Source of the DNA: the human T2T-CHM13v2.0 reference genome, Homo sapiens
NCBI RefSeq assembly: GCF_009914755.1
Contig: NC_060931.1
DNA length: 64,000 bases
Direction: 5' to 3' (one strand)
Shown here: positions 16,392 through 30,015 of the stretch, one piece after another
Position numbering within the stretch: the first letter of the stretch is position 1
Layout: every line of letters begins with the position of its first letter
Made by a program: the position numbers and the translations under genes
Notes under the pieces: generated by a model
Told to the model about the DNA's origin: nothing
Database searches by the model: none
Seen by the model: the letters and a program-made list of their open reading frames with translations, nothing else

Positions 16392-16764
16392 GCAATCTTG
16401 CCTGACCACGGCCTTTGTAGCTTATATGTCTTGTTTTAAAAGAAAGCCCATGGGTTAGAGCTGGCAAATAGTTGCAGTCATTCTGTAGCTGGGGCTCTGG
16501 ATTATAAACTGTCACATAGTCCAGGTAGGGGCAGTAGAAGATGGTTAAATAGTCATTTAGTTTCTCCTTATCCCTCTCAAAGGTAGTTTCTCCCTTCCAC
16601 AGCCAGTCTATAAGAGATGAAAGTGACTATGAGTTTTTTTCCCCCTCTAATAATGTCTCATCACTTCTTGGATTTTAGTTCCTCTAGTGCCTTTAGCCCC
16701 TCAGTTCTTCGATAGTTTTTTGTTGTAAGTATGATTTGGTAGCTTATCTAGCTTGTTTTTACTT

Positions 16765-16975
16765 ACTTTGAGACAGGGTCTTGGTCTGCACCCAGGCTGG
16801 AGTGCTGTGGCGCCATCATAGCTGACTGCAGCCTTGATCTCCTGGGCTCCAGCAATCCTTCCCCCTCAGGCTCCTGAGTAGCTGGGATAGCTGGGATTAC
16901 AGGTATGCACCACCACACCCAGCTAATATTTTCAATTTTTAGTAGAGATGGGGTCTCACTATGTTGTCCAGACTG
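16765..16975 (-). mobile_element. Partial Alu (AluJ-like)
   Basis: Antisense right arm and linker. Confidence 0.85.
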
Positions 16976-17222
16976 CTTGTTCTTATTAGGGTGGGAACAA
17001 ATGGTCTTTTGAAAATTTCTATATCCAAATCAGGAGAAATTGCAACATGTCCATTTGTTTTCCTATTTTCAGACATTGTTTTGTTTCCTCTATCAAAAGC
17101 CGTATCTCCTATCAGACAACTCTCCTACAACTATAGCTCTTGCCTGGCTTCTGTAACTGTTCCCTTAAATCACCCCCTTAGTCTTAGGGGTAATTAGAAC
17201 TTCCTGCTCTTACTATCTCTGA

Positions 17223-17642
<420 letters not shown>

Positions 17643-18538
17643 TGACTGATAGGTGGTACTTCTCTGGGAAAACAAAGTGATTCAGCCTATAGGGAGATAG
17701 TGAAGATATTATGCAGAAGCCAAAGAGAGAGTTGCAATAGTTGGTTGAGTGATAGTTGAAGTGGTACTAATGTTGGTGACACCCAGGAATGGGAAGAGAA
17801 TGAATAGATTTCCCTGCCAATGCCTCATCTTTTGTAAACCTCTGGCTATTAAAAAGGAAAGTTGAGCATCATCAAAGCATTGTTTGTGTTTGAGGATCAT
17901 TTTCCAGGTTAGTTTTTGAAATATTTCTAGCTGTATATAAAAGGTTAATGTGGAATAGAAAGCCTAACAAATTAATGAGGTCTTGTTGGTATGGTGGGGT
18001 CAGGGGAGGGAAGGAGAGGCTGGAAGAGGGAGCAGAGAATTCTAAGAAGACGAATTATTTTAATCAGCTGCAATGTTTAATTTAATTTAATACAATTTAG
18101 CATTTGCAATTACATAATTTACTCCGTATGAACCTTTAGGTTAGATATAGTATTGTAAACTTGCAAATCTCTTTATAAAACCTTTTTCTTTGGTAGAAAC
18201 TACTATGAAGTAAATAAACCTTTATTGCCTTCGCTTAGTGCCTGGAACACAGTAGGCCTTTACAAAATGTCAGATCTATGAATACTAGCTGACATTTATT
18301 GAGGCCTTCCCCTGTGCCAGCCACTATGCAAAAAGTGCTTGACATACTTCTAAAATCTCAATTTATAGGTGAGGAATTAAGGATACAAGATGCATTTCTA
18401 TAGTAGAGAAGCAGTAAACTGATAATGAATTAATTGAGGTGAAGTCTGAGTTATTTGAAGATTTTCAGTTATTTTTGTGAAAAAATAAGTTTATTGAAAT
18501 TCACGACCAGAACACAAAAATAATCTCTCTTGATTTTC

Positions 18539-18839
18539 TTTTTAAAATTTTTTAAAAAACTTTTGTTGACACGTAGCAGATGTATATATTTACGGGGTAC
18601 ATGAGATGTTTTGATACAGGCATGCAATGTGAAATAAGCACATCACGGAGAATAGGGTATCCATCCTCTGAAACATTTATCCTTTGAGTTACAAACAATC
18701 CAATTACATTCTTTAAGTTATTTTAAAATACACAATTAAGTTCTTATTAACGATTGTCACTTTATTGTGCTATCAAATAGTAGGTCTTATTCATTCTTTC
18801 TATTTTTTTGGACCTATTAACCATCCCCACCTTCTCCCG
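18539..18839 (-). mobile_element. 5'-truncated L1MA 3' end
   Basis: GGGGTACATGAGATGTTTTGATACAGGCATGCAATG; TSD CTCTTGATTTTC at 18527-18538 and 18840-18851. Confidence 0.85.
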
Positions 18840-19130
18840 CTCTTGATTTTCCTTTGCATGCATGTATTCATAAAGTTTATTAGTATTTTGCAAATCTTTG
18901 TAGGATAAGTCTGACCTGTCCAGGTCACAATTATAGGGCACATATCTTATTTTCTGAGAGAAGCAGGGATTTTATTTTATTTTTTATTGTTTCACTTATT
19001 TTCTCCCTTTCATTTGCCTCTACTTCGTTCTCTTTTAAATCTTTCACATGTTTTCATTCATTACTTGCTTCCTGCCTTCCTTCCCTCAAACAAGGCCAGG
19101 TGCTTAGTTTTGAAATCTCATTCAAAATGG

Positions 19131-19142
19131 TGCCACGTCATC
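19131..19142 (-). promoter_or_regulatory. UPRE-type bZIP site (XBP1s/CREB3-family/ATF6)
   Basis: GATGACGTGGCA on the minus strand, containing TGACGTGG. Confidence 0.55.
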
Positions 19143-19351
19143 TGCCAGGGCCAAGAATCCAGAGGTGCTGTCATATTTCTCCTTGCCAGCGTGGATCTCC
19201 TCCGAGCCCCGCCCTCCCTCCTCACCTGCTCCTGGGGAAACTACACCAAGGCCGCCGCTCTGGCCTGGGGCTCCCTCCCACACGGCCTTGGCCCTCTCCC
19301 CCTCGCCCCGGGACCGCTCCGCCCCTCCCGGATCCCGGTCGGCGGAGCGCA

Positions 19352-19377
19352 TTTATTTGCATATTTCTACCTTTGTT
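19352..19377 (+). promoter_or_regulatory. Octamer ATTTGCAT (19355-19362) with overlapping forkhead-like TATTTGC and a SOX-like CTTTGTT
   Basis: Exact motifs in an AT-rich patch inside the CpG island. Confidence 0.55.
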
Positions 19378-19656
19378 CCCTGCCAGCGGCCAATCAGCGC
19401 GCGGGGCGAGACGAAGGGGCTGGGCGGGGCTCGGGCTCCTGCTCCGGCTCAGCTGCGGCGGCCGCAGGTTCCAAAGCGGGTCCGAGCCGCCGCCGCGCGC
19501 GCGCCGCGCACTGCAGCCCCAGGCCCCGGCCCCCCACCCACGTCTGCGTTGCTGCCCCGCCTGGGCCAGGCCCCAAAGGCAAGGACAAAGCAGCTGTCAG
19601 GGAACCTCCGCCGGAGTCGAATTTACGTGCAGCTGCCGGCAACCACAGGTTCCAAG

Positions 19657-19719
19657 ATGGTTTGCGGGGGCTTCGCGTGTTCCAAGAACTGCCTGTGCGC
19701 CCTCAACCTGCTTTACACC
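19657..19719 (+). CDS. TSPAN13: Tetraspanin-13 coding exon 1 ([21 protein letters not shown], 21 aa)
   Basis: ATG in strong Kozak context (AAGATGG); donor GTGAGT at 19720; recognisable TSPAN13 N-terminus; 63 nt, phase 0. Confidence 0.98.
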
Positions 19720-20529
19720 GTGAGTATCCCCAGTCCGTTCCTGCTCGCTTGGGGGCTTTGCACCTGCTTGGGAGCTCTTTGGCTTCCCTGCCTGGTCAGC
19801 GACTCACTCGTTGCATCCCGCGCCCCCTTCCCGGCTTCCCACGCTCTGCGCGCCCCCGGCCTCACCATCCGTCCCCGCCGGGGACCGGGCGCCGGCGCTT
19901 GTCGCAGTCTCTTCCTTTCGTTCATTGTGAAGCCGCGGTCTCTCAGGCTCGCTGGCCGCGTCTCTGCCACATTGCTCCACCCCGCCCCCTCACCCACCGC
20001 CTTGTTTTTCAAACATTCAACCGGACCTCTCCGCTTTCCCACCCCGTACCCTTCTGCCGCTCGCTCCTGACATCCAGACGCATCTGGGCCAGGCGTGGAG
20101 GCGCGAGAGCCGTCAGGGCTTGCGGACAGTTTTGCGGAATGGCGTGGCCTGAAACTGACGAGGCGGCATATGGCTGGTGTGCCTCTGGGTTAGCTCTTGG
20201 TACCCTCGGGATTTTAATTGAGGCCACTGAGTAGGTTCACAGGATGTCCGCTGCTTCCGAAGTTTGTTTCGTGCTCACAGTAAAGGGATGTCTTTTTGTT
20301 TTTGTTGTTGTCAGTTTTGCTAGTACTTGGTGCTTTTTCTGTGTGTCTTGTCCATGATCAATATCCTAACTCCATTTTAAACCAAGTCCTCCAGGAAATA
20401 AGCGAGCCCCCACCCAAGTCGTTTCTTTCCCTGCCAACCAGCTTGGGCCTCTTAGTTTTAACGCTGCAGGCTCTCTTTGTGATTTTTTGAGGCGCAATTC
20501 TGGGTGAACAGGAGGATGGGCAGGACAGA

Positions 20530-20740
20530 TCGACATTTATTGAATGCCTATCACGTCCCAGGTTTTACATACACAATGCTCGTTCATCATTCTGACAACC
20601 TTCTGAGGGAATGGGGCATTATCTGCATTTTATACATAAGGTAACAGACCAAAAAGGTTTTAGTAAGTTTACATAGCTGGTAGTTGACGAGTCAGGAGTG
20701 GAACCTAGGCTGTGGAATCCAGATCTTTCCACAGGCTGTC
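20530..20740 (-). mobile_element. MIR fragment
   Basis: CATTTATTGAATGCCTA...ATTATCTGCATTTTATACATAAGGTAAC core-like sequence. Confidence 0.6.
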
Positions 20741-23426
20741 TCTACCGGGCGGAAGAAACTTCCTCTTCTGTCATCATCCCTCCATAGTAGTCTTGCTCCC
20801 TTCTATAAATATACCTGGCGCTTTGCAGCACCCACCCTGAAAACAAACCCAGCACCCCTGCATTAGCAGAGAGCTAGGCCATCTGTGCAAGCTTAGATTA
20901 CCTCCTTGGAATAGAGAGGCTGCCTTGTGGTCACCAACAGGAGAAGGAGGTTGGGTCATTTTACCTTTACTGTTCCTTTGTATGTGAACATGACTGCAAG
21001 CTTTGAAGGCAAGACAGAAACAGGCATTGAGTACGCTTTTATGGCTAGTTAGTAAGAATCTGGTCAACATGGTCATTAATAGTAGACTTGGGAAAAAAAT
21101 TTTAGAACACCTGGTGATACAGTTCCTTGGAGATACATGTCAAGTTTCAGATCAAAATTCATCTGTATCACCCTGAGGTATGCTTATCACCCTGGCTGTT
21201 TATTAAGTAAATGCTGACCAGTTCTCTAGGGTTTTTTTTTTTTTTTTTAAATCAGTGTGAGTGGCCTGCTTGGAACTTTAAATTCCTTATTTTGTGACCT
21301 GAGTTCTGTTTTTTTTCTGCCAATGATTTAGTCATCTGTTTGCCAGACACTTAGTCTTACAGTGCCTGCTTACACAGAGTGGAATGTCTACTTTGCATAC
21401 TTACTTCACTGAAGGGTCTATATCAATGTATAATCTTTTTTAAAAAGGCAAGTTATTTTAAAATGAAGTTCCTTGCTTTCTAGACATCATTTTTAGTTGT
21501 ATTTAGAGTATATCAGGAAAGTGAGGCGAAAGAAAGGTGATTCTAAAGGGACATATTAAGACTATTTAATATCTATTCTAAATTATTGACCTTCAAAGTG
21601 TGTGTTCTATTGATTTTAATAGCTATGCAGTAAAACTTAATGAATTGGAAATTCACGGGACAATAAAAATGGCTAGCCCTTTTAAATCATAGACTTTTTA
21701 GACAAAGGGACATTTCTTAAAATGAATTAGTGGCTGCTTGCTTCTTTTACATTGTAAATAGGCTTAAATAACTGCAGCAGTTTAAAGTGGAGGCAAGTGA
21801 CAGGTAAAAGTTGGATCAAGTCTTAGATAGATGCTGAAAATGTGCCATGGCCATTATTTAGCTTCTATTTCTCCCCTGATCTCTTTCTCAACATTTTAAG
21901 ATGAAAAAAATGTGAGGCAGTTGGGGATGGGATTGAGCATGAAGACTTGGGAGACATTTCTCTATAAGTCATGAATAGAAACATTCTTTGTAGGTTCTAA
22001 TCCCACCCTGGTCACTGCCTCTAAAATGTGCTCAACGCTACAGGATTACATTTGAGGTCATTTCTAAAAGTGTTGGTTAAACCAGGATTGCATATGGGAA
22101 CGGCAGATGCCTGAAACATCATCATTGCTGTGTTGAAGCATTTTACTGAGGAACTTAGGACTGTATCAGCTGAACTGTCCACATGCTCTGGTGGCTTGCT
22201 GATGAGCCTGAGATTCGTGCCACATTCATGATCAGCTCAGAAAGCATGTCACTAAAAACAAGTTGGAAGTCCCAAACAAGGAAATTTGATCACTAGGCAA
22301 AATGTTAACAGTTGATTTTTCTTGTTGTTTATGGCTTGATTATTTTAGTTAATAGGATCGCCAGTACTGGACAAGCTTAAATTAGTGTAGTATGTGTTAA
22401 CAGTTTGTAAATATAGAAGAAAAGGGGGAAGCTACATTCCTGAATTCACCTTCACAGTATTCTAAGAGAATGACTTGCCTCAGAGCTTCCTGCATTTAAA
22501 GAAACTTTCAGTTTCTTCATTCAACAATTATTGAGTGCCTACTGTGTGCCAGGCTCTGTTCTCAGTTTGGAAATACAGCAGCAAACCAAACAGGGCTTAA
22601 AAATCAATGTGCTTTTATGAAGGCTCTTTTTTATTTACTACCTTTTATACATATGTTTTCAGGAATTGTATTCAGTCAATAAACTTTTGTCTACTGTGTG
22701 CACTCTTTTGAGAACTGTGGGAAATAATAAATACCTATAAAGGCAAATGCATTGTGAAGACAGGATCTAGATGAGAGACATGGAATGGGAAAATTAAATG
22801 GCGTATAAGGAATATACTGACTTTAGGTACCATAAAATTTAGGACTGTGGCAGATATTTGTGGGTTAGAGAAGTTGGGGGAATAAAGGAGGTGTGATTGA
22901 ATCAAGGAAATGTAGAAATAGTGTGTGGGTCTTTTTGATACCATTTAGGATATACATAAAAATGAAAATGATTTGGGAAAATGACTTATTTTTAATAGTT
23001 TATAGGAATATTTTAGGCTGAAAAGATTTTGACAAGTAGTGAAAAAAACTTTTGAAAATTATGCTTAGTGATTTGTGGGAAATTTTAGAAAATATGAAAT
23101 AAAATTTGTATTAAAATACGTAATATTTTGAAGCTTTATAATGTGTCTCCTTGTGCTTCTTAACCAGAGAAGAAAGCTCTATTAAAAACAAACAACCAAA
23201 AAAAAGGTAGCTGACTTTGTTAAATAGAACCAAACTGAAAAATATGACCAAACATATATTTACTGGGACTTTTTAAGAGTTGCCCTGCCAGTTTTAAAAT
23301 CAGGAGGGAAATTTCAGAAGTTGCAGTTTTGTTTCTCCTGTGTGTGTTCATTCTTATAACATCTTTCCATGTTTGTTTCTTTCTCTTTTTCGTGATTCTT
23401 TTTCCTTATACTTTTGGTTGTTTTGA

Positions 23427-23839
<413 letters not shown>

Positions 23840-24887
23840 TGGGATGCATTTTATAGTAGATAAAGTGTGCCATATCTGTTAGATAAAAAAATACGACCAT
23901 ACAATTTATGGGAAGAAAATTCTGTTTTTAATCTGTTAGATAAAAAACATATGTCCATACAAATTATGGGAAGAAAGATCACTGGATTTATGAAGAAAAC
24001 TGAAACTTTTCCAACTCTGTTACTAGACAAACAGCTTACTTTGAGTTTCAGTTTCTTCATATATAAATTGGTGATGATATTTTTCAGTCGTCCCCTCATG
24101 AAGCTGTGTAAGGATAAAATCAGATAGTATATAAATGCTTTAGATGTATAATAGAAATAAAATTAAGTTGTTACAGCTTCAGGTGGAAAAAGTTGAATTT
24201 TGCTGAATTTATAGACTTGGCTTCTTCTTTCCAGCTATTCTTCACAGGTAAAACTTGCATAAAGAAAACTCGTATAAAACAATATTTTGTTACTTTTAGT
24301 CTGCAATGATCAAGGTTAAGTGCAGAAGCACAGCTAAATATTTTAAAGCATGAAAGTTGGCATTAGGTTAAAAAGTAGTAATATTAAGTAGGAATTACTT
24401 TTATTTATCCACTGTAGAATCGAATATTTCTTGTAATACCCTTTTTTTTTTTTACATAATTGGCCAACCTTTCAAACGTGTCTGTGGGTTTCCTCTACCG
24501 TTTCTCTTGAATGAATCTACTTCCTGTAAAATTGTATTATAATTGTAACTGTTTGGGGTTATTTGTGAGTCTAATGTAAGTTTGAGATGTGCCCAAGTTA
24601 TTTTCTGTTTTTTATTCTAATAATGAATATTAATTGAGCATCAATAGCAGTGAACAAAATCCCAATGGCTTGCCTTCATGGAGTTTATATTTATGGGGGT
24701 GGACAGATGATAAATAAGTAAGTAAATTATATATCGTATTAGAAGGTAAACAAGTTTTATGGAGAAAAATAAAGCGGAGTAAAAGGAAAGATAGGTGGGG
24801 CAGTGGAGCGGATGTGGGAGGATGGGTACACAGCTTCACATATGGTGGTCATGCTTGGCCTGCATGGAAAGAAAACAGTGTACGAAA

Positions 24888-25271
24888 GGTGTTAGACTGT
24901 TCTTGCATTGCTATAAAGAAATACCTGAGACTGGATAAAGAAAAGAGGTTTAATTGGCTCATGGTTCTGCAGGAAGCATAGTGCTGGCATCTACTTCTGG
25001 TGAGGGCCCCAGGAAGCTTACAATCATGGCAGAAGGGGAAAGGAAGTCCCTGTGTCACATGGGGAGAGTGAGGGGGAGGTGCCAAACGCTTTTAAACAAC
25101 CAGATCTCACGTGAACTCAGAGGGAGAACTCACTTATCACTGAGGGGATGGTGCCAAACCATTCATGGGGGATCCACCCCTACGAATCACCTCCCTCCAG
25201 GCCCCACCTCCAACATTGGGGATTACATTTCAACATGAGATTTGGAGGAGGCAAATATCCAAACTGTATCA
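24888..25271 (-). mobile_element. MST (MaLR) solo LTR inside L2 remnants
   Basis: TTCTTGCATTGCTATAAAGAAATACCTGAGACTGG...ATCCAAACTGTATCA. Confidence 0.85.
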
Positions 25272-25364
25272 AAAGGCCTAAAGGAGATGAAGAACAGTTA
25301 TCTAAGAAAAGTGTTTCAGGTAGAGGGAATCGTCTTTGAAAAGACCCTGATGAAAGAGTATTTC

Positions 25365-25677
25365 TGCTTTTTTTTCTTTTCTTTCTTTCTTTTTTTTTTT
25401 TTTTTTGATATAGGGTATTGCTCTGTCACGCAGTGGCGTGATCTCAGCTCACTGCCAGAGAGCTGTCTCCTGGGCTCAAGTGATCCTCCCACATCAGCCT
25501 ACCTAGTAGCTGGGACTACAGGCATGTACCACCATACCCAGCTAATTTTAAAAAATATTTTGTAGAGACGGGGTCTGTGTTGTCTGGGCTAGCCTTGAAT
25601 ACCTGGCCTCAAGCAGTCCTCCCACCTTGGCCTCCCAAATTGCTTGGATTACAGGTGTGAGCAACTGTGCCTGGCCA
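25365..25677 (-). mobile_element. Alu (AluJ-like)
   Basis: Diverged antisense dimer. Confidence 0.88.
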
Positions 25678-27211
25678 GGAGGAGTATTGCTGGTTTATGC
25701 AAGGGACAGATGAGTCAAATATGAGTGGGACAGAGCAAGCAAGCAGTACAATGCAGGAAATGAGGTCAGAGAAGTCAGGGGTGGACCCAGGAGAGCACTA
25801 TAGGGCCATGAGCTTTTATACCAAGTGAAATGGGGAGCCAATGGTGTGTTTAGGTTTGAGGACTGATATAGTCTGATTTTTATGTAAAAGGCTATATGGC
25901 TTTTGAGTTAAGAATATATTATAGATGGCACAGGTGGGAGCATTGAGACTAGTTACAAGGCTATTGCTATAATTTGCACATGAGATGATGGAGGCTTGGA
26001 TTAGTATGGTGGCAACAGAATTAAAAGAAATAGATTCTGAGAGTGTTTTGGAGGTAGGGCGACCTGATTTACTGAAAGGGACAAGTCACAGATTACTATG
26101 ATTTGTGGCTCAGGCTCAAGGAATTGGCAGGATAGATTTGCCGTTAACTAGGATGGAGAAGATGGCAGGTGGAGCAGACTTTGGGATGAATGAGAGGATT
26201 CAGTATTGGACGTGATGCTAAAGAAACCCAAGTGGAAATGTCAGGTAGCACTTACAGTAACCACACTGTTATTCAGGGGAGAGGACTTGCCAACAAGTTA
26301 GTGAGGGTAGATGGAGAAGGGCAGTGGTCCATGGATTGAAGTAGTGCATTTCAAACATTAAGAGATTCAGGAGATGAGGAACATTCAGCAAGGGAGCCTG
26401 AAAAGGAATGGCCAGTCAGGTAGGAGGAAAATTGCAGAGAGGTTGGTGTCTCAGAAGTCAAGTGCAAACCATTTCAAGGAGATGGGGACCGAGAGTTGGT
26501 TCTCGAATTTGTCAGTGAAGAAGTCGTTGAAAAGAGCAGTTACCCTTTTATTTTTCTTATAATCCTCTGAACAATAAAGGCAATGTCGCAGTCATTCTGG
26601 CTTTCCTGTGTGCCCGGCACAGCCCTGGCATGTGGTTGGCATTTAGTTAATTGAATGCAGGAATCAGTACAGGGTTCTTCTGCCCATACTTCATTTCTTG
26701 TCTCCCAGAAATGCTCCAAAGAAGGAAGTGGTAGAGTGGGGTTGGAACTTTGTTGGCAGCTGTGGATGTCACCTCAAACTGGTTACCCTTGGAAAATGAC
26801 AAGTGGAGGTCCCTTACTTTCAATCACCTTTATATAATTTCCATATACTTTGTATTTTTTTGCCTAGTAAGTATAAAAGCAGTGGCATCACGGAGAGCCA
26901 TAATGAAGAAAAATATTCGCAAGAGCACTTCAGGCCTTCTGTGTCATTTGAAGAATGATCATAAAGCAATAAAAGAACTGAGGTTTTAGCTTCAACACTC
27001 AATGTCTGGCTATTTAGCAAAATGTAGATTATTTATAGAGTTTTCATATTTCCATCCAGCTGTTTGGCATCGTAGAAACATGTGCTTGATCTTTTCTGAA
27101 TTGCTCTTCAGTTTTCCACATTAAGCAGAAGTTCAGAAGAGAGTTCAGTGTTCACGTGTAATTCCTCATTATGAATGTTGAGGCATATTGAGGAAGATAG
27201 TCTGGGGCTTT

Positions 27212-27525
27212 GTTTTCTTTTTTTTAGGGGCAGGGTCTCACTCTGTCACTAAGGCTGGAGTGCAGTGTGTGATGATAGCTTACTGCAGCCTTGAACCCCT
27301 GGGCCCAAGCGATCCTCTCACCTTCTCTCCTTCTGAGTAGCTAGAACTACAAGCATACTCCACCCTACCCAGCTAATTAATTTTTTTTTTTTTTTTTTTT
27401 TTTTGTAGAGACAGGGGTCTTGCTGTGTTGCCCAGGTTGGTCTTGAACTCTTGGCTTCAAGCATTCCTCTTGCATTGGCTTCCCAGAGTACTGAGATTAC
27501 AGATGAGAGCCACTGAACCTGCCTA
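27212..27525 (-). mobile_element. Alu (AluJ-like) with an expanded central T run
   Basis: Antisense dimer. Confidence 0.88.
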
Positions 27526-28564
27526 CCTTTATTTTCTTTACATGTCTGTGGATGCTGTATTACATTTTGTTGGTATAGTCCTTCTGTATCTTACTACTGT
27601 TTTAAATTTGCTTGCCTTCCACTACCATCATAACTTCTCTGTTGCGTTAGTGCTAACAAAACATTTTTGAATAATTTACAACATCTAATCTGTCTTTTTG
27701 AAATGTTTTAAATTCTTTCATCCTCAAAGCAATTCACTTACCTTGGAAGAATTTTGGTACTAAAAAAAAAGGTAGTTGTTTTCACAATATTAAAATCTGT
27801 CTTTTCATCTTGTTCTTGAAATGTGGTGGATATTTGATGAAAGATTGAAGGTTATGTAGACAGAGAATAATATGGAACATCATTAGGCTGACTTTCTTCC
27901 CCTCCAAATATTGTATAGATTGGAGAATTAGCGTTTCCTTGTCCTGAAAGGGTAATGAGCAATATCATGTGCTCTTTGATTCAGCAGTGTGTTTTGAGCA
28001 CCTCTTAATGCTTCACACTCTTAGCCAGGTGCTAGGAATGTAAGATAACATGGGCCTTGATTGTCTGGTGCTTAAAGTGTAGAAGGCCCATCAGAATTCC
28101 AAGTATGGCTGGGAGGAGGAATGGTGGCTAATGAATAACCTCGGGCGATAATCCAGGCCCTTCCCATCTTGGGATTTGTCAGCCTGGGAGTATGGACTTT
28201 TTCTCGAGATCAGAAACAAAGGACAGCCAGCATAGAAATGACCTGATCTGATTGGCTTTAAAACCAAGACCACAATGTTAGGAATAGAGTTTAGCCGGAA
28301 GTAATAGAAACCCAGCTATCACTGCTTAAAATGGTAAGTTTTATTATTTTCACGGAAAAAGAAGTCAAGACCCAGGTAACCCAGGGCATGTGCATAATTC
28401 AAGCATATTGTCATGGGCCCAGTCTCCATCTGCTTTCCTGCCCAACTATCCTTGGCATGCCACCAAATTACATATAAAACTCTAGGTACCATGAATTGTT
28501 CCAGGCCAGGCAGAAGATGGTCTAAAATGTCTTTCCTTGTAAAGCCTTGTCTTTTGGGGGGAAA

Positions 28565-28762
28565 CAGATCTATTGAAATATTATCGACACAGTAAGGTGA
28601 ATATACTTAAAGTATAACATTTTATAAGTTTGGGCATATGTGTACACCTGTGAACCCATGACCACATTCAAGACCCCTGAAAATCTCCTCATCCTTCTTT
28701 GAAATCCCTCTTTCCCACCCTTAAACCCCCCACCTAGTCTGCAGGCAACCATGGACCTGCTC
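28565..28762 (-). mobile_element. L1M 3' fragment
   Basis: TATGTGTACACCTGTGAACC...CAGGCAACCA pattern. Confidence 0.6.
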
Positions 28763-29704
28763 AGCGGTAAAACTTACATTGGTGTTAAATTTAGTAACGC
28801 TAAGGAGGATGTTTGTAGAAAAAAGATGGGACATTCCTCTGGCTCATTGATTACCTTCTTTTGACGGCAGGGTAAGAAGCTTTAGGGACGTCTTTTCAGC
28901 TAAAAGGAGTGCTCATGTTTTTAAAAGTTTATTGACAAGGCGAGAATTTAGATTTGGTGTTGGTAGGGAAGGCGATCACCATGGTGAAGGTAAATAGGAT
29001 CAGTGCAATTTTGCAGGTATTGAAAGTTTATGATCAACACAAGGTGAAGCTTGTGTGAATCAGGATACTTCATGGGTTATAGATGTTCTTGAAGCAATGT
29101 GTTGGCTCATATAAGTGGGACATCCAGTAGTTGGGTCATAAGGTTTTGCTGGATCAAGGGGCTCGAAGTCGCTCGCCCCTTTCATCCGCTTTTCAGCTTA
29201 GCTTGCCTCTGCTCAGTTTCTTTTACGGGCTAGATCTTTCCCTGTCCATGATGGCTACTGGCAGAATCAATGTTGTCCTTATACCTTGCTAGGTCAGATG
29301 AACCTGTTGTTTTCTGCTTTCAATATTCCTTTATCGATCTTGCAGGACACGCTTATTGACCCTGTTGGCTTATGGACCTATCCCTTGGATCAATCACTGT
29401 TGATAGAAGGATGGGCAGCCATGATTGGTGGGCCAGAATTTTGTGTGTCTGCTGCTGCTGATGGTCAGAGGGGCCAGTCATTAAGGGTCGTACTGGAAGT
29501 ATATGTGTTAGGTTGCAAAAACAACATGTGTCTAAGACAGAGGTCATTCTTATTCTGGGCAGCAACTTCCCCAGTTCTTCTGTTCTTAATTCTAGCATAT
29601 CCTAGCAATTTCTTCATCATCTGCAAGTCTTAGTGTAGTGGTTTAATATTTCAACACCCGCTTATGCTAGATTATAAAGAACATTATGCATATATCTTTC
29701 TTTG

Positions 29705-30015
29705 TTCTTTATTTTTATTTTTATTTGAGATGGAGTCTCGCTCTGTTGCCAGGCTGGAGTACAGTGGCGCAGTCTTGACTCACCGCAACCTCTGCCTGTC
29801 GGGTTCAAGCGATTCTCCTGCCTCAGTCTTCTGAGTAGCTGGGATTACAGGCACATGCCACCATGCCCAGCTAATTTTTTTTTTTTTTTTGTATTTTTAG
29901 TAGAGATGGGGTTTCACCATGCTGGCCAGGCTGGTCTCAAACTCCTGACCTCGTGATCTGCCCGCCTTGGCCTCCCAAAGTGCTGGGGTTAAAGGTGTGA
30001 GCCACCGCGCCTGGC
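29705..30015 (-). mobile_element. Alu (AluS)
   Basis: Full dimer; TSD TCTTTGTTCTTT. Confidence 0.92.

Larger units (their letters stand above)
19190..20210. promoter_or_regulatory. CpG island / TSPAN13 promoter and first exon
   Basis: Very GC- and CpG-rich block spanning exon 1; GC box GGGCGG at 19422; GGCCAATCAG at 19388-19397. Confidence 0.93.

Noticed and set aside
18987-20234. Long ORFs of 415, 207 and 301 aa over the promoter
   Set aside because: GC-rich CpG islands are stop-poor, and the products are low-complexity Pro/Ala/Arg/Gly. Only 19657-19719 is real coding sequence. The 301-aa frame is in frame with TSPAN13, but I see no upstream ATG or well-contexted near-cognate start in the likely 5'UTR.
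29150-29430. Faint resemblance of minus-strand peptides (HQSWL, SIKEY, LARY, VKET) to bornavirus nucleoprotein motifs
   Set aside because: Matches are only 3-4 residues with inconsistent spacing and order; not supportable without a profile search, so kept only as the orphan-segment finding
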